A DNA stretch of 63,971 nucleotides, filler included, from Ionaspis alba (GCA_964255285.1; 3 parts of 3 records of this genome joined end to end with filler, not necessarily neighbours in it); one strand, 5' to 3'. Positions 13,619 through 25,956 are shown, counted from the first letter of the whole stretch. The notes: generated from the letters alone by a model not told the origin. A program made the numbers and translations.

Positions 13619-14464
13619 TCGCCCATCAGTAAGGAGCCCCAAGTCAGCTTTTCCCGCGATGAACCACTAATTGAAGCAGTGCCTGGTAATCGGGGAGCGT
13701 CGCATCGCCAACCTTTGCGCGATTGGCAGAATGACAAGCAGCGAGAGTCTCCAGTTCTTCGTTATGATGCCACAAATTCAACACTCCCGGCCATCTCTCA
13801 TCAAAGAATCCCGAATGGAACATCCGGTAATGCCACTGGCACGTCGATGCTGCTTTCAGGAGAAAGTAGCCTAGCATGCCGGACCACAGCTCCTACCCTA
13901 TCGAACGGAACATCAATCTCGTCTTCCATGGGAGTCCGAGCAACCCAGGGTCAACGTAGACTCGTTCCAGACGGGACTGGCGCCTTGCTCATACCTGGAC
14001 GCCCTCAGCAAACAGCTTTCGAATGCCCATTCAATTTCCGTAACTGCTTCCTCTCCTTCCAGAACAAGACGGCCTGGATCGCTCACAGCCTGACGCATCT
14101 CAGCAACTTCGAGCCACCGCGATCCCTCGGCTGCCGTTTTTGCGATCAGCGCTTCGAAGCTCGAACAGGCTCACAGTGCTGGCGAGATAGGCTCGAGCAC
14201 ACGGCCTTGCATCATGACATAGGTCATAAGCTTGCGCACGGTCGCCCAGACTTCGAAATGATCCGTTTCTGCTGGCAGAACCGACTCATACCGAACGAAG
14301 AATACAAGGAACTGTCAGGATGCAGCGGAGGTCGTGCGATGACTCCCCATCCTAACGAGTCGCCTCCAATGTCACCAACGGAGGGCTCCAGCCCCGACAC
14401 TAAAACAGCATACACAGTAACGCATGATCACAGGCGCGAACGACGACAGAGAAGATCACACTAG
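13619..14464 (+). CDS. Zinc-finger-like protein (last exon; 5' exons unresolved)
   Basis: FECPFNFRNCFLSF...WIAHSLTH and GCRFCDQRF...LEHTALHH give two Cys2His2-like units. The frame is open from a TAG acceptor at 13618, after a candidate intron at 13562-13618. Confidence 0.65.
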   Translation, partial: SPISKEPQVSFSRDEPLIEAVPGNRGASHRQPLRDWQNDKQRESPVLRYDATNSTLPAISHQRIPNGTSGNATGTSMLLSGESSLACRTTAPTLSNGTSISSSMGVRATQGQRRLVPDGTGALLIPGRPQQTAFECPFNFRNCFLSFQNKTAWIAHSLTHLSNFEPPRSLGCRFCDQRFEARTGSQCWRDRLEHTALHHDIGHKLAHGRPDFEMIRFCWQNRLIPNEEYKELSGCSGGRAMTPHPNESPPMSPTEGSSPDTKTAYTVTHDHRRERRQRRSH

Positions 14465-15993
14465 GCAATATCCTCAACCACAGAGAAGACAAGGAGAAAG
14501 GGCATATCGCGAACAAACAGTAAATCAGTGGACGAAAACAGCACGCGATAACAATGACAACTACACGACAGACATAGGATGGATCGGATAATATATAAGA
14601 GATGGAAAATGAGTCAAACGGGGTGGGCTGAACCCAGTATATCTATAGGAGGTGGCTGGGTCATAAATGCCTTAGGCACCAGTGAGGCAGTGCCGTAAAA
14701 AGGTCGGTGGCGACTGCTGTCAGCTGCCGCGAACCGCAAGGCGGTCTGCGATAGTTTTTCTGAAATACGATCTTGTGATTAGTGTTGCACTATGATGTCG
14801 AGGTTATTCTCCTTCTATTGCTTTCTACGATGTTGTTTACGATGACTGGTCTGAGACTTTTCTTTGGCTGGATTTATTACGGATCTCTTTGGCACGACTC
14901 TTACGATGGGAATGATTGGGATACCTTCCTTTGTACCTAATGATTTGTTTCTGTGCATTTTGATGCTTGCTCGCGATACGAGTTTCCTATTCGATGCTCT
15001 ATTCTCATCTCCTTGCTTGTGAAAAATTTCGAGGCGATCTAGCGCTTGAGAGGAAAAGCCGTTGGGGTTGTGTACCTGCAGGCGCTATCCGCCCGGTTGC
15101 CCGGAGGTAGCCGATAAGTTGCCTCGAAATTTTAGACAGGTCAACGAATCAATAGCTCAAAGTGATATGTCAATTTTGATTGTGCTTTCGTGATTGCATG
15201 TGCTTTCGTGTCTGAACAATAGTCCTGATCACGCTGTGCGCACAGCCTCGACGCGTATGTACCGGGAGGAATGTCTCGTGGCGTAAACACTGCATAGGCT
15301 CCGACGATGCTTGACCACCAGGCGAAAAGGGCTTCATGTAAGCATAAGAGGCAGAGACGACTCCCTTGAGTTTCTGCTAGAACGGCAATTCTTGACGAAT
15401 GTGTCGTGATCTCATACTGCTCACCTTTCAAAAAGGCCCCTCAATCAGTCATTAATTGATATAGTGAACGATTCATCCAGGCAGCAGTCAATCCTGCAGG
15501 GATTAGCCTTATCCAAAGAGTGCTGTCACGTGGGCGACGTCCTCAGCGTCTATCGTGGCGCCTTTGTGACGTTTTTGTGATGAGAGCTATGTTGAGAGGG
15601 CGAGGGTCATCCTCGTTCGAGTACTCGAGGTTGTAACGATTCTGATCCAGTGATTCCTCGATAAATAATCTTCGGTGCTGGCTTTAACGACCGCCGTACA
15701 AACTGTGCAAACTGCATAAGAGCGTATCTGCTCCTCATTAGAGCAGACTTGTTCCTCAATGAAGTCATGGACGCTCAGCCAAACTCAGGGTACGGACGTC
15801 CATGAGAGAGTAGTATAAATATTAGCAGTATGTATGTATGCTACTCAACCCAAGACCTAACGCGAATCTCTGCACATCAAAATAGCAATGCAGGTGAACC
15901 TCCCTCTTGATATCCGAGTTCCACTGTTTTCATCAGGTAGTTTTGCCCTAACGCCACGCCATGCTTGTAAATGATCATAATGCAAGCAAACAA

Positions 15994-16779
15994 TCACAAC
16001 TCGCTCATTAGCTCCACTGGCGGTCTCGCCGTATGTGCCATGATCTTGGTAGCTTCCTGACCAATCGCGGTTTCTTCGTCTGTCGTATCCTCTACCATCA
16101 CGGCCGGTAGAGCAGGTGAATCGCCATGATCCTGCGGATGATAGACAATCGTCATGCTTCCACTTCTTCCCCTCTCCTTTGAACCTTCTCTGCCCTCTCC
16201 TCCTTCTTCTATCGGACTATCGACCAAGTCCCCACGTGCACTTGGCTTAGCCCTCAACTCGGCTAGTGCGCTCGCCAGATCCTCTGCATGTACGGCCTTG
16301 TTTGGCGGCTCCTCGTTGCGCATGGTCCAGCCGTGGGGTGGACTCGGTGGTGGACTTATAAAGAAGAGCTTTTGGCTCTCCGGGAGATGTAGATGCTGAT
16401 CAACGGGATCGATGGGAGTGGCTTCACCAAAGTAGATGCGGACACGGTCACCCATGATCGGGGAGCCATCGAGGAGTTGCCGAATGGTGATCGCATCATC
16501 CGTGCTGTGGAAGGAGGCAACTATGCGCCGGAAGGATTTGAGGGGCGAGAACGAGTGGAGAGGAGCGGTTGCGTCGATAAGAGTGCGGATTTGCTGGAGG
16601 GCTGGCCCTGTGAAAATGGCCGGATCTTGGAGATTCGTTATGAGAAGTGTATTGGAAGGCGGCGCGGGCGTGACGAGAGGAGGAAGAGTTGAGAGATCGA
16701 GGTGTAATGGTGGAGTGGTGGATTTGGTCGGAGGAGTTGAAAGTGCGGATGCTGGAGGTGAGGGCGTTGTGAAAGACAT
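15994..16779 (-). CDS. RCN1: Calcipressin (regulator of calcineurin, RCAN family)
   Basis: SNTLLITNL...FSPLKSFRRI...RIYFG RRM-like region, KLFFISPPPSPPHGW signature, PAVMVE PxIxIT-like motif and C-terminal TARPPVE. Confidence 0.93.
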   Translation of the reverse strand: MSFTTPSPPASALSTPPTKSTTPPLHLDLSTLPPLVTPAPPSNTLLITNLQDPAIFTGPALQQIRTLIDATAPLHSFSPLKSFRRIVASFHSTDDAITIRQLLDGSPIMGDRVRIYFGEATPIDPVDQHLHLPESQKLFFISPPPSPPHGWTMRNEEPPNKAVHAEDLASALAELRAKPSARGDLVDSPIEEGGEGREGSKERGRSGSMTIVYHPQDHGDSPALPAVMVEDTTDEETAIGQEATKIMAHTARPPVELMSEL

Positions 16780-17084
16780 CTTGGTAGAGTTGGGAATAGG
16801 TCGGGTGGTGGTGTTGAAGTGCTGAACGAAAAGAAGAGATGGAAGTGGCGTGGAGAACAATCCGGTGGACTTGCTCGTGTGATATTGACATGGAATGCTG
16901 GAGTGGCGCAGGATCGCATTACGATTCTGCCGAGGCCTCAGCATTGGCACCCGCCAAATATTCCTGATGCAGCTAGCACTAGCTCAGGACTCAGCCCTTC
17001 TCTAGATTGCCGTCGGCGAAGCCTAAGACGACTCGGATTTGCAAATTTTTCTAGAGTATATCAATATCTCTTTCATCGACTTCT

Positions 17085-17208
17085 GCGGCTGTGCTGTTGA
17101 CCCACGCTGTGGGCTATCGGTCGAGGTTTATCTCCTTGCTTTCCTTTGATGTTGCTGCTTTGGCTCTGAATGAGGATCAATGGTAGTTGTCAGCGTCCCA
17201 ACACAGCC
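17085..17208. promoter_or_regulatory. Two candidate Crz1/CrzA binding elements (CDRE core CACAGCC) upstream of calcipressin
   Basis: GGCTGTG at 17087-17093 (reverse complement CACAGCC) and CACAGCC at 17202-17208, 0.3-0.43 kb upstream of the ATG. Calcipressin genes are established Crz1 feedback targets. Confidence 0.5.
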
Positions 17209-19089
17209 TGGGGTATGTCCCCCTTTTCCTTTGTCATACTATTACGTTTGTCTTGCAATGCCAATGTTCTAGTCGTTGGGCAATTATGTGGCATCTCGGC
17301 AGTGTTCTAGTCGAAATGACTGATGGGTTGAGTATGCAATCCGCGATTGATGATAAGATTGCGGCATGCTTGTCCTGTGGACATGTCAGATGAAGATTGC
17401 GCTTTCCCAACTTAGAAACATATTGGCGAAAGGTTTCTTTCTCCCCCCGAGAAAATTTGGCCTTGAACATTTTACTTGATGCCTATTTTCTCTTTATGAA
17501 TCATGTTTCCCGGAAATATTCTCCAAGAATGCAATTCAATGGACCAAAGGATGCTGAGACAGGTGTGCCTAGTGGTTGTTCGGTAGGGGAGACTCTGTAC
17601 ATCACCGTGCAACAACGAACCTTTGGGGAGTCGTCGGGGATGCCTCTCCCTACTTGGTAGATTCGATTCCATCAGCCAAAGGAAGGTTGTCTACAGGTGT
17701 TCGAAACTCATGGTGTTGGCTTGTAGAAATTCTTCGGATGACCCGTGCTTCCCATCAGAGCTTTTTCGGCTCCTACGACTTCCGGACTTCCACGGAAAGC
17801 ACCGCTCGTGCAATAACAGAAATTGAATAGCCGAGACCGCATTCTGATCGAGAATTATGAACCCGTCAATAACCAAGGTTCAATACCTGTACTCATTTAC
17901 AATCCTGATTAGGGATCATATCATTCATTTTCCCCCGACATCTCATCACAAGGACGGACTTGGTCCAGAGGCAGGGTTAGCGGCTTTCGCTGCACAGGGA
18001 AAGCCTCCCATGCCTACGTCCATCGCAATGAAATGTCTTAGCATAATCCATACTGTTGCTACTGACTACCTACGAGCCACCAACCTCTCCTACACAAGTT
18101 GAGCCAGACTTCGAACTGCGGCTACGCAGTATTGACCCCAGAGGGCTTGGTGATACATAATGGCCTCCTCCATCCAGAGCTAGATATTCAGACTGACGCT
18201 AGTACTTCACGATCCGGTCTGTCGCTTTTATCGGGTCGATACTGGTGTCTTATCGTTGACTCAAGCTAATCCTGCTCCTGATTGCTCCGCCACGCCGAAT
18301 AGTTGTGCCCAGAAAGCCCTGGGGCCTTGGTGATTGCCCTCCAGTCCTAGCCACTTTCACAACGAGTGGCCGAGCGATGCTCATCCAGGTGCGATTCATA
18401 TGGGCATTGTTCTCCCGAAGGCATTGATCGAGAGGAAGACAGGCTCTGGATATCGACCACAATTATCTCATCCACAATATGGGGTCAGAGTACTCCACAG
18501 AATTCTGTAACAGCTGAGAGATCTCGCCCGTTTCCCTTTAACTGTACAATTAGCCGGGTTATCAATTGGCTGAATTTGTACATTGAGATAATCTAGTAGA
18601 GATGAGATGGTAACTTCGAATGGTAGCTTAGCGATGCATGAATTCATACTGTCTCACAAACTCATCCGCACCAGATTGCAGAAATGCCTGTGTTATCATC
18701 ATTCCTTGCGCTTGAGAACGCTGTGTTATCATTGCCAGCACCGCCTTTGCGAGGCCGCGTTGATGGGTCCGAGGCGGCCTATAGTCTAGGTTAGCCGAAG
18801 GAGCCGGCACTAATATCACGTATGGCCGTGCACGACCAAGTATACTAGAGCCAGAAAAGACCTAGACTATCTACTAGCGTCAATAATCTTCATCCTGGTC
18901 TGCGGATAAACTTCCCTCTCCCTGACTCTTGATGCTCTGCGGACATCATTATCAAACACATCCCGATCTCCTTCAACATTTGTAGCTGCTCTTTCAAGAC
19001 CAGCAGTTCTTACCCCTGAAACTCGATGAGCAGGTAACATCTTCAAGACCGGAGCTCTCTGCTTGCGCGTCAACCCTATCTTCAAAGCC

Positions 19090-20250
19090 ATGGATTATGA
19101 CGCGATGGACGGACTCGAGGACATCGGGCCTCGAGTCACAGTCCGAGAGGTACTTCAAAATATTTAATCCTTCTTTCGCCATCCTGACAACCTATTAGGC
19201 AACTCACAACGTCGTCGATTTTACCCTCTCTAATGTCGACCTAGCCTTCGCAAACTCTCTTCGGCGCATCATCCTCGCTGAAGTCCCCACTGTAGCAATC
19301 GACCTTGTCGAAGTCGAACAAAATACCTCTGTTCTCGCAGATGAATTCATTGCCCACCGTCTTGGTCTCATCCCGCTCAACAGCAAGGATGCCGACTCTC
19401 TCCTCTACACTCGAGACTGCGACTGTGAGCAGTACTGCGACAATTGCAGCATAACGCTCACGCTGCATGCGCGATGTACTGGAAACGAGATTATGAAGGT
19501 GTATGCCCGAGACTTGGTCATCGGGAGCGTGACGCCGAACGACAGTATTGGCAAGCCTGTGATCAGTGATGCGGAGGGGCTGGGCTGTGTGATAGCCAAG
19601 TTGAGGCAGGGACAGGAATTGCGAATGAAGTGCATCGCGAAGAAGGGCATTGCGAAGGAACATTCGAAATGGGCACCAACGAGTAGTGTGGGGTTTGAGT
19701 ATGATCCGCACAATAAGCTCAGGCACTTGGATTATTGGTATGAGGAGGATGCCGTTAAGGAATGGTAGGTTGTACTCATTTGCGGCTCTTCCTTTTGTTC
19801 TATGCTGTAAATTACTCCCAGAACTGCCGTGCTGACGTTCTGATTGTGCAAAGGCCAAAAACCAAGAACGCCGCTTGGGACGAACCACCCGTAGAAGGCG
19901 CGCCGTTCGACTACAACGCACAACCCAAAGAGTTCTTCTTCGAAGTCGAGTCGATCGGTAATCTCGAACCTGATGCTGTGATCCAGCAAGGTATCAAGGT
20001 TATGCAGCAGAAACTTGCCGCAGTCATCCAAGAACTCACTGGTGATGAAGGCCGAGGCGGAGGAGACGAGTACGAACCACGAAGTCCAGGCATGGACGGA
20101 GACATCAACGGCGTTGGTGGAGGAGACTATGGAGATGGAGGCTTCACCACGCCGTACGGCAACGGAGGTGGTGCGAGTGCTTGGGGTGGTGGTGGACAGA
20201 CTCCTTATGGGGCTACACCTTATGGGCAGAACAATGGATGGGGCTCATGA
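19090..20250 (+). CDS. RPB3: RNA polymerase II subunit RPB3 (3 exons)
   Basis: [50 protein letters not shown] zinc site, [22 protein letters not shown]. Confidence 0.97.
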
Positions 20251-20849
20251 ATCGTCCGGCACGGAGAAGGTGGCGACCTCTGTGTTGGATCAGTTGCATA
20301 TTAAAAGGCGTTGATACGGATACGGAGGTTATTCCAAGGCTTTGGGATCGATTACAGCCTGGCTCAGATGAGTCTACATGGGATGGATACCTGCATGGAA
20401 AATTATGGAGATTACTGTGCTCAAACAGCATATGCTACCACGTTTTGCTATTTCCGAATTGAGATCTTGATGCTCTGTCCCAACCTCAGGCGAAACTTTC
20501 GGCTTCACTTGCGTGACTGTGATTACAATAATGATCATCAGGAAATTCTCGGGTGGAAATCGAGATCGCAACCAGTATCTACAACATCAAGCAACAATAT
20601 CTTTTGCATCAAGGGCTTTTCAAGTTCCACATGACTAAACAGAGCTTTTTGTCGATATTTGACAAATAGAAGTCTATCCCATACGCCGGTGATGCCACAT
20701 GCTCCTCCTATATGTATCGTTGGAAACCACAAGATGCACAAAAGTTGACCCTCCAGCGCCTTGCTCTCACGCTCTGACAGATGCCAAATGATACACTAAA
20801 GCACAAGTCCAATTACTTCAAATCCGTAATCCATGGAGCCTTCCCTTCT

Positions 20850-21927
20850 TTACTCATCCTCCACCCCTTTCAAATGCCGATAAAGCCTCTTATGCTGTTC
20901 CAGGAACAAAAAGGTCGCGACTGTATGCGGACCCAACCTCACAAAACTCGGCACCCACCCTCTCCACATCCAACCGGCACCTTCAACTCGGTAAATCCGC
21001 CTCATCAGGGCCGCCAAGCCCTCACTCTCCTTAGCCGACATCACCCTTGTCTTGATCACATCCACCGGACTGCATATCGTCGTCGCCACGAAGCCAGCCA
21101 GTATACTCGCGCAAAAGTGCGTCGTCAAATTATCCGTCAGCTTCGTGTGTGCAAGCAGAAGTCCCTTGAACCCATCATACGACGCTAATTGGCTTGCTGT
21201 CATCAGCACCGCGCGCATGCTGTTCGGCCAGACGCCACGGAAAAGCGAGCGTGGTCCTTCTTCGCGTGTCATGCGCAGCAGGCCGTCGAGCGCGTTGCGG
21301 TAGTTGCGGCGTTGGGTGGAGGGGAGCGCGGCATCGTGTTGCATGCGCACGTTTATGACGTCTGCTGGGTTGCCGGCTACGCCGCCTAGGAAGCCGGAAG
21401 TGGAGGCCATGGCGATGAGGGTGGGGAAGGTGGGTGGGTAAGTTGGGTTTAGCTGTTTGAGCTTTTCGTAGACGCCGAAGCGGGTTGTTGAGTAGGTTAG
21501 CTGGCGCAGGAGGGAGGCGGAAAGCTAAAAGCGAAGCGTGTCAGTGGTACTGACATGAGAGACTGAACGAACTTGGTCGGGCATACACCACTGTAGAGTC
21601 CTCGAATGCCATTGTTCCTGGCGACGTGCACGAAGGTGCTGAGCATACCCTTCGGGCCATCGGGAGCTCGGGTTTGAAGCCGGACCTGGAGACGATGAGC
21701 GTGAGCCTCGTGGGGACAATTGAAGTTTTAGGCACTACCTTGACTGTGTAGAACATTAGTAACGATGCAAAGGACACATTGAGTATCTTCGACTTACCAA
21801 GGTCCAACGGATGCGTTACCGAAGCAGCAAAACACGAAGCCGAGCCTCCAAACCAGAAGGGATAGGCCACATTCTGAGGGTGTTTGACACTGTGTTCAAG
21901 CTCCCTGGTTGCAACAGATGATGGCAT
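20850..21927 (-). CDS. DIC1: Mitochondrial dicarboxylate carrier
   Basis: YPFWFGGSASCFAASVTHPLDLVKVRLQ, NPADVINVRMQ and SPVDVIKTRVM are three PX[DE]XX[KR]-type carrier motifs; RQLTYSTTRF is also present. Confidence 0.92.
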
Positions 21928-22158
21928 AATCCTGTGTTCATACCGCTGGTTGCGCGATAGACTTCTGCAGCAGATAGAGACGTGGAGGTCCGATCTGTGA
22001 GATCTTGGGTTATTGGACGTAGGTTTTTGGTGAAATTTTAGGGGACCCTGATTTCATTTGAGCCGTTGACGTCGGTCCCCCAATCGGGGTAGGGAGAGTC
22101 AAGAGTCAGAGTCAAAACTAGTCCCAGATAGGATATAATACTTCAATTATTTCACGAT

Positions 22159-22258
22159 NNNNNNNNNNNNNNNNNNNNNNNNNNNNNNNNNNNNNNNNNN
22201 NNTTAATTAATTAANNNNNNNNNNNNNNNNNNNNNNNNNNNNNNNNNNNNNNNNNNNN
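22159..22258. other. Artificial scaffold linker (N44-TTAATTAATTAA-N44)
   Basis: A 12-mer with stop codons in all six frames sits centred in Ns; an identical construct occurs at 44382-44481. Confidence 0.95.
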
Positions 22259-22449
22259 ATGCGGTGTGTGCCACCGGGAGGTTGCGGTCGCCCATTAGCA
22301 TAGCTTCGATAGCCACTGAGAGGCAGGAGAGACGAAGTGTAGGCCTTCTGCGAGATTGCTGGCTTGGAAAGTCGCTGAATTCGCAATGCCGCAGAACGGC
22401 CATTTGGCAGGAGCCGCCGCAAGGCTGATCTCACACTCGTAGCGAGCAT
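22259..22449 (-). CDS. HSP78: 5' fragment of mitochondrial ClpB-type disaggregase Hsp78, truncated at the scaffold end
   Basis: Presequence MLATSVRSALRRLL... followed by RSYANGRPQPPGGTHR, which I recognise as the Pezizomycotina Hsp78 N-terminal motif. An HSE-like element lies upstream. The AAA+ domains are not in the window. Confidence 0.7.
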
Positions 22450-22533
22450 GATTTAAAGCTGGGTTACCGATGATCAAGCACAGAGATCGAGTCCATCTTG
22501 TATTCGACGGAAAAGATATCTGCATCATCGAGA

Positions 22534-22551
22534 CCCCTCTCGAACGTTCGA
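22534..22551. promoter_or_regulatory. Heat-shock-element-like site overlapping a STRE in the HSP78/EF-1beta divergent promoter
   Basis: CCCCT (22534-22538), CTC-tc-GAA-cg-TTC (22537-22549) and the perfect palindrome TCGAACGTTCGA (22540-22551). Confidence 0.45.
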
Positions 22552-22743
22552 AGCTCTAAAAAAACGCTGCTGATAGGGCTGAGAGCTCGCATCGGCAAAA
22601 TCACTTCTCCGACCGCCGAGCCACAACTTGAGGATATCGAAACTTTTTAAGACGAAGTAGAGCAGTAACTATCTCGACATTCTCCTCACAATTGAACGAG
22701 CTTCACTTCCCAAATCAGAGACCTTGATCTTCATTCCCTCATC

Positions 22744-23859
22744 ATGGGATTTACCGACCTTTTCACGGATGCTGGCATGACCAGTGAGCTCTACAATCCA
22801 AGCCGAATCGTCCTATCAAGAAGCTAAACTGTCTTAAAGTGCTAAACAACTGGTTGACCACTCGAAGCTACATCACTGGGTAGGTCACTACGACCCTCGA
22901 GTACTTCTTTCTCTACCTTCGCAACCTGATGAAAAGAATTTGGTCCGTGTTGATGAGGCGGATTAAGACCCCGCCGAATGACTACTTCCAACAGCGCATC
23001 AGCGCACTTCTGATGCTTCTTTCTCTTTTCTCCTAGTCGGCTTCTTCATTCGTCGCCATGAGCGGGCTTCCTGACTCAATCGCAGATATGGCCCTTCCCA
23101 AGCGGATGTTGCAGCCTACAAAGGCATTCATGAAACCCCTTCCGCCGCCAAATACCCTCACGCCTTCCGCTGGTACAAGCACATCAGCAGCTACCAATCC
23201 GAATTCTCCTCTCTACCAGGTGACCCCTCGAAAGCGTACACCACCTACGGTCCTGAGGCCACTTCCGTTACCATGAACCCGAAAGACGCGCCAAAAGCCG
23301 CTGCGCAAGAGGAAGAGGACGAGGACGATTTGTTCGGCAGCGATGACGAGGAGGAGGATGAGGAGGCCGTAAAGCAGCGAGAGGCGAATTTGGCGGCTTA
23401 CAAAAAGAAGAAGGAGGGGAAGACGAAGCCGGCGGCGAAGAGTATCGTTACTATGGATGTGAAACCCTGGGGTATGGCCATCCCCTTGCTACAATTCGTC
23501 CCCTTCCTGTCCGCGCCTCCTTGGCACAGAGCGAAATACTAATTCTCGATGCCCGGGTGTAGATGATGAGACGGACATGGCAGAGCTCGAGAAAAACATG
23601 CGCGCCATCGAGATGGACGGCCTTACCTGGGGTGCCGGCAAGCTCGTGCCCGTAGGATTCGGCATCAAGAAGCTGCAGGTGAACCTTGTGGTCGAGGACG
23701 AGAAGGTCTCGATCGATGATTTACAGGCAAAGATCGAAGAGGATGAGGATCATGTGCAGTCGACGGATGTGGTGAGTTTTCTCCTGTCTTAGCAACTTTA
23801 ACGTAAAGATTTGTTTGTTAACATACGGGATCTTCTAGGCTGCTATGCAGAAGTTGTAG
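22744..23859 (+). CDS. EFB1: Translation elongation factor 1-beta (5 exons)
   Basis: [89 protein letters not shown]. Confidence 0.97.
22921..23016 (+). ncRNA. snR18: Box C/D snoRNA U18/snR18 in EF-1beta intron 2
   Basis: Box C cTGATGA (22926-22932). Guide TTGGTCCGTGTT is complementary to the conserved LSU rRNA segment AACACGGACCAA. Internal GGCGG/CCGCC stem, box D CTGA (23010-23013) and GCA/TGC terminal stem. Yeast snR18 is also hosted in an EFB1 intron. Confidence 0.88.
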
Positions 23860-24203
23860 ATTTTCCGAGCATGCAACAATGAGGTTATGCGGCTGACAAC
23901 GAATGGATCTTTATGTTGGGGCATGTATGCATGGGTCTACGCTTGCTTCTGAGTTGGCAAAAGTCATAGATCACTTGATGAGACATGCACAATAGATCAG
24001 CTCCGAGTCCTAGTGCATGTTCTATGCTCCCTCTTATCCTTCCTTGATCTAATTTCTTGCTTATCTCTTTGTCGGAAGTCACGATCCAAGGTATGATACA
24101 ATACAGGAATTTATGATCGATTACGATAAAAATAATGATATAAATATCGACAAGGTATCATAAGCACCATCCAATACGCTCCCCATCACTCCCAATCCAC
24201 GAC

Positions 24204-25956
24204 CTACGTACTGGCCAGCCCGACTCCACTCATAATCTGCTTGAACACCTGCAGCGCCAGAGCCGGTTCTGAGGCCGCGTTAGCCCTGTCCACACTCCTG
24301 CCCAACGGATCAAAACTTACGATAAAATGGCACTTCGTGCCCCGCAGCGCTAACCCTCAGGAACCCGAAGTTGCCAACACTCTTGAAGCTTCCGCCATTG
24401 ACACCATTGACGGTATATGCTGCCATCGCCTTGGCCTTGAAGGCCGCCGAAGAGGAGTAGCTAATTGCGTTGGCAGAAGCAAGGTTGCCGTACCCTAAAC
24501 GAGGGTCAGTGAGTCAAACGAGAAGTATTGTCAATCGAAGGGACAGGAAAACGCACAATTGCAGATCCAGTCCGCGTCGCCAGCCCAGATGAGAGTTTGA
24601 ACACCGGATCTTACGACACCGGAGAGAGTGGCGAGGAAGGAGCGGCTATCTATCATTATCAAATCAGCTCTACCGAAATTACACAAAAAAGTAGGGGAAC
24701 GTGAGCATACCATCACCAGTTTGCGAGAACTTATTATACGGCGCATTCGGACACTCCTGATACTTCGCCTTCGCACCAATCGCCTTCGCAACCGCCGGAC
24801 TCTGCAGGTAAGAAACGTAGGTCGATGGCGGATTGGGATCCGCACTCGGCGCACGGATATCGTAGACGTCGAAGTCCGCCGCCTGGGTCAGCGGACCCTC
24901 AATCTCGCCGTAACAGACATTATCTGCATTTACGCAAGCAGCATCAGCGCCGGTGGTGGCGCTGCACTGCTTGAGTGCGGGCACGCAATCGGTGTTGTAT
25001 TTATCTATATAGGTCGTTCTTTGCGCTGCTGAGATAATAGGGCGGTAGGTGTTGTTGTAGCTGTAGTCGATGTAGGCTTGGTACTGGAGGATCGGATCGA
25101 ACCAGCCGTTATTGATGCCGAGGGCAACTAGGGGAATTTTGAGCCCGCTGACGGTGCCGGCAGCGACAGCTGCGTTCTGCGACTCGAAATAGGAGGCGAA
25201 CTGCGGGCCGTAGTGGCCGCCGTAGGATTCGGTGAAGATGCCGAAGTTACGGTTTTCGTATTGGGGAAATTGCGTGTAGAAGGCTTGGAGGAGTTTCCAG
25301 ACGAAGGGAGCCGCGGTCACGGTTGAGGAGACGTCGTCGGTCCCATAGGAGAAGCTGAGAAGCCGGTAATTAGGATAGGCAATTACTGGGATTAGAATGG
25401 ATAGAACTCACCCGGTGCCAATGGGTTGGTCGATATAAAGCATATTCGCGTACTCGTTCCAGCTGTATGGGTTCAACGATGGCGTGGAGGCGCCATTCAC
25501 GAAGTGGCAAGGTCCGTTCTCTTGGAATAGCCCGATCATACTTGAGCAACCTGGTCCGCCGTTGAACCACGTCGCTAAAGGTGCTGTCTGCGGGCTGTTG
25601 CGAGCTTCGAAGAACCAGAACCTGTGATCATTGTCAGACTAAATGATGCTCATTCGAACGCAACATCGCAATGAATTTGTAATTCGAGGATTGGCATAGA
25701 CATACCACATGTTCATGTTTGTGCCGACTGAAAGATATCCAGAATAGCTGTTCACACCCGGAGTGGTTTCACAGATTCCCGAATTCGTGACGAATTCCAT
25801 CTTAGCACCGGTCGCTGCATGCTCAAAGACAGTATATTTGACACCATCGCGTTCGATAAAAGATCGCTTGTCTTTCTGACCAGCGTACGGTAGAGCAGAT
25901 ACCAAGGTACTACCAACGGCCAGGCCGGCACACAGGAGGTTGCTAGAAAACCACAT
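24204..25956 (-). CDS. Secreted serine carboxypeptidase (peptidase S10, carboxypeptidase S1-like)
   Basis: Signal peptide, [48 protein letters not shown] (catalytic Ser), [10 protein letters not shown] (Asp), GHEVPFY (His). Confidence 0.95.

Noticed and set aside
17230..18900. Many short ORFs between calcipressin and RPB3
   Set aside because: None shows motifs or a coherent splice structure; treated as intergenic.
22203..22214. TTAATTAATTAA palindrome (also 44426-44437) as a biological site
   Set aside because: Centred in symmetric N runs and identical at both places; a synthetic six-frame-stop spacer.
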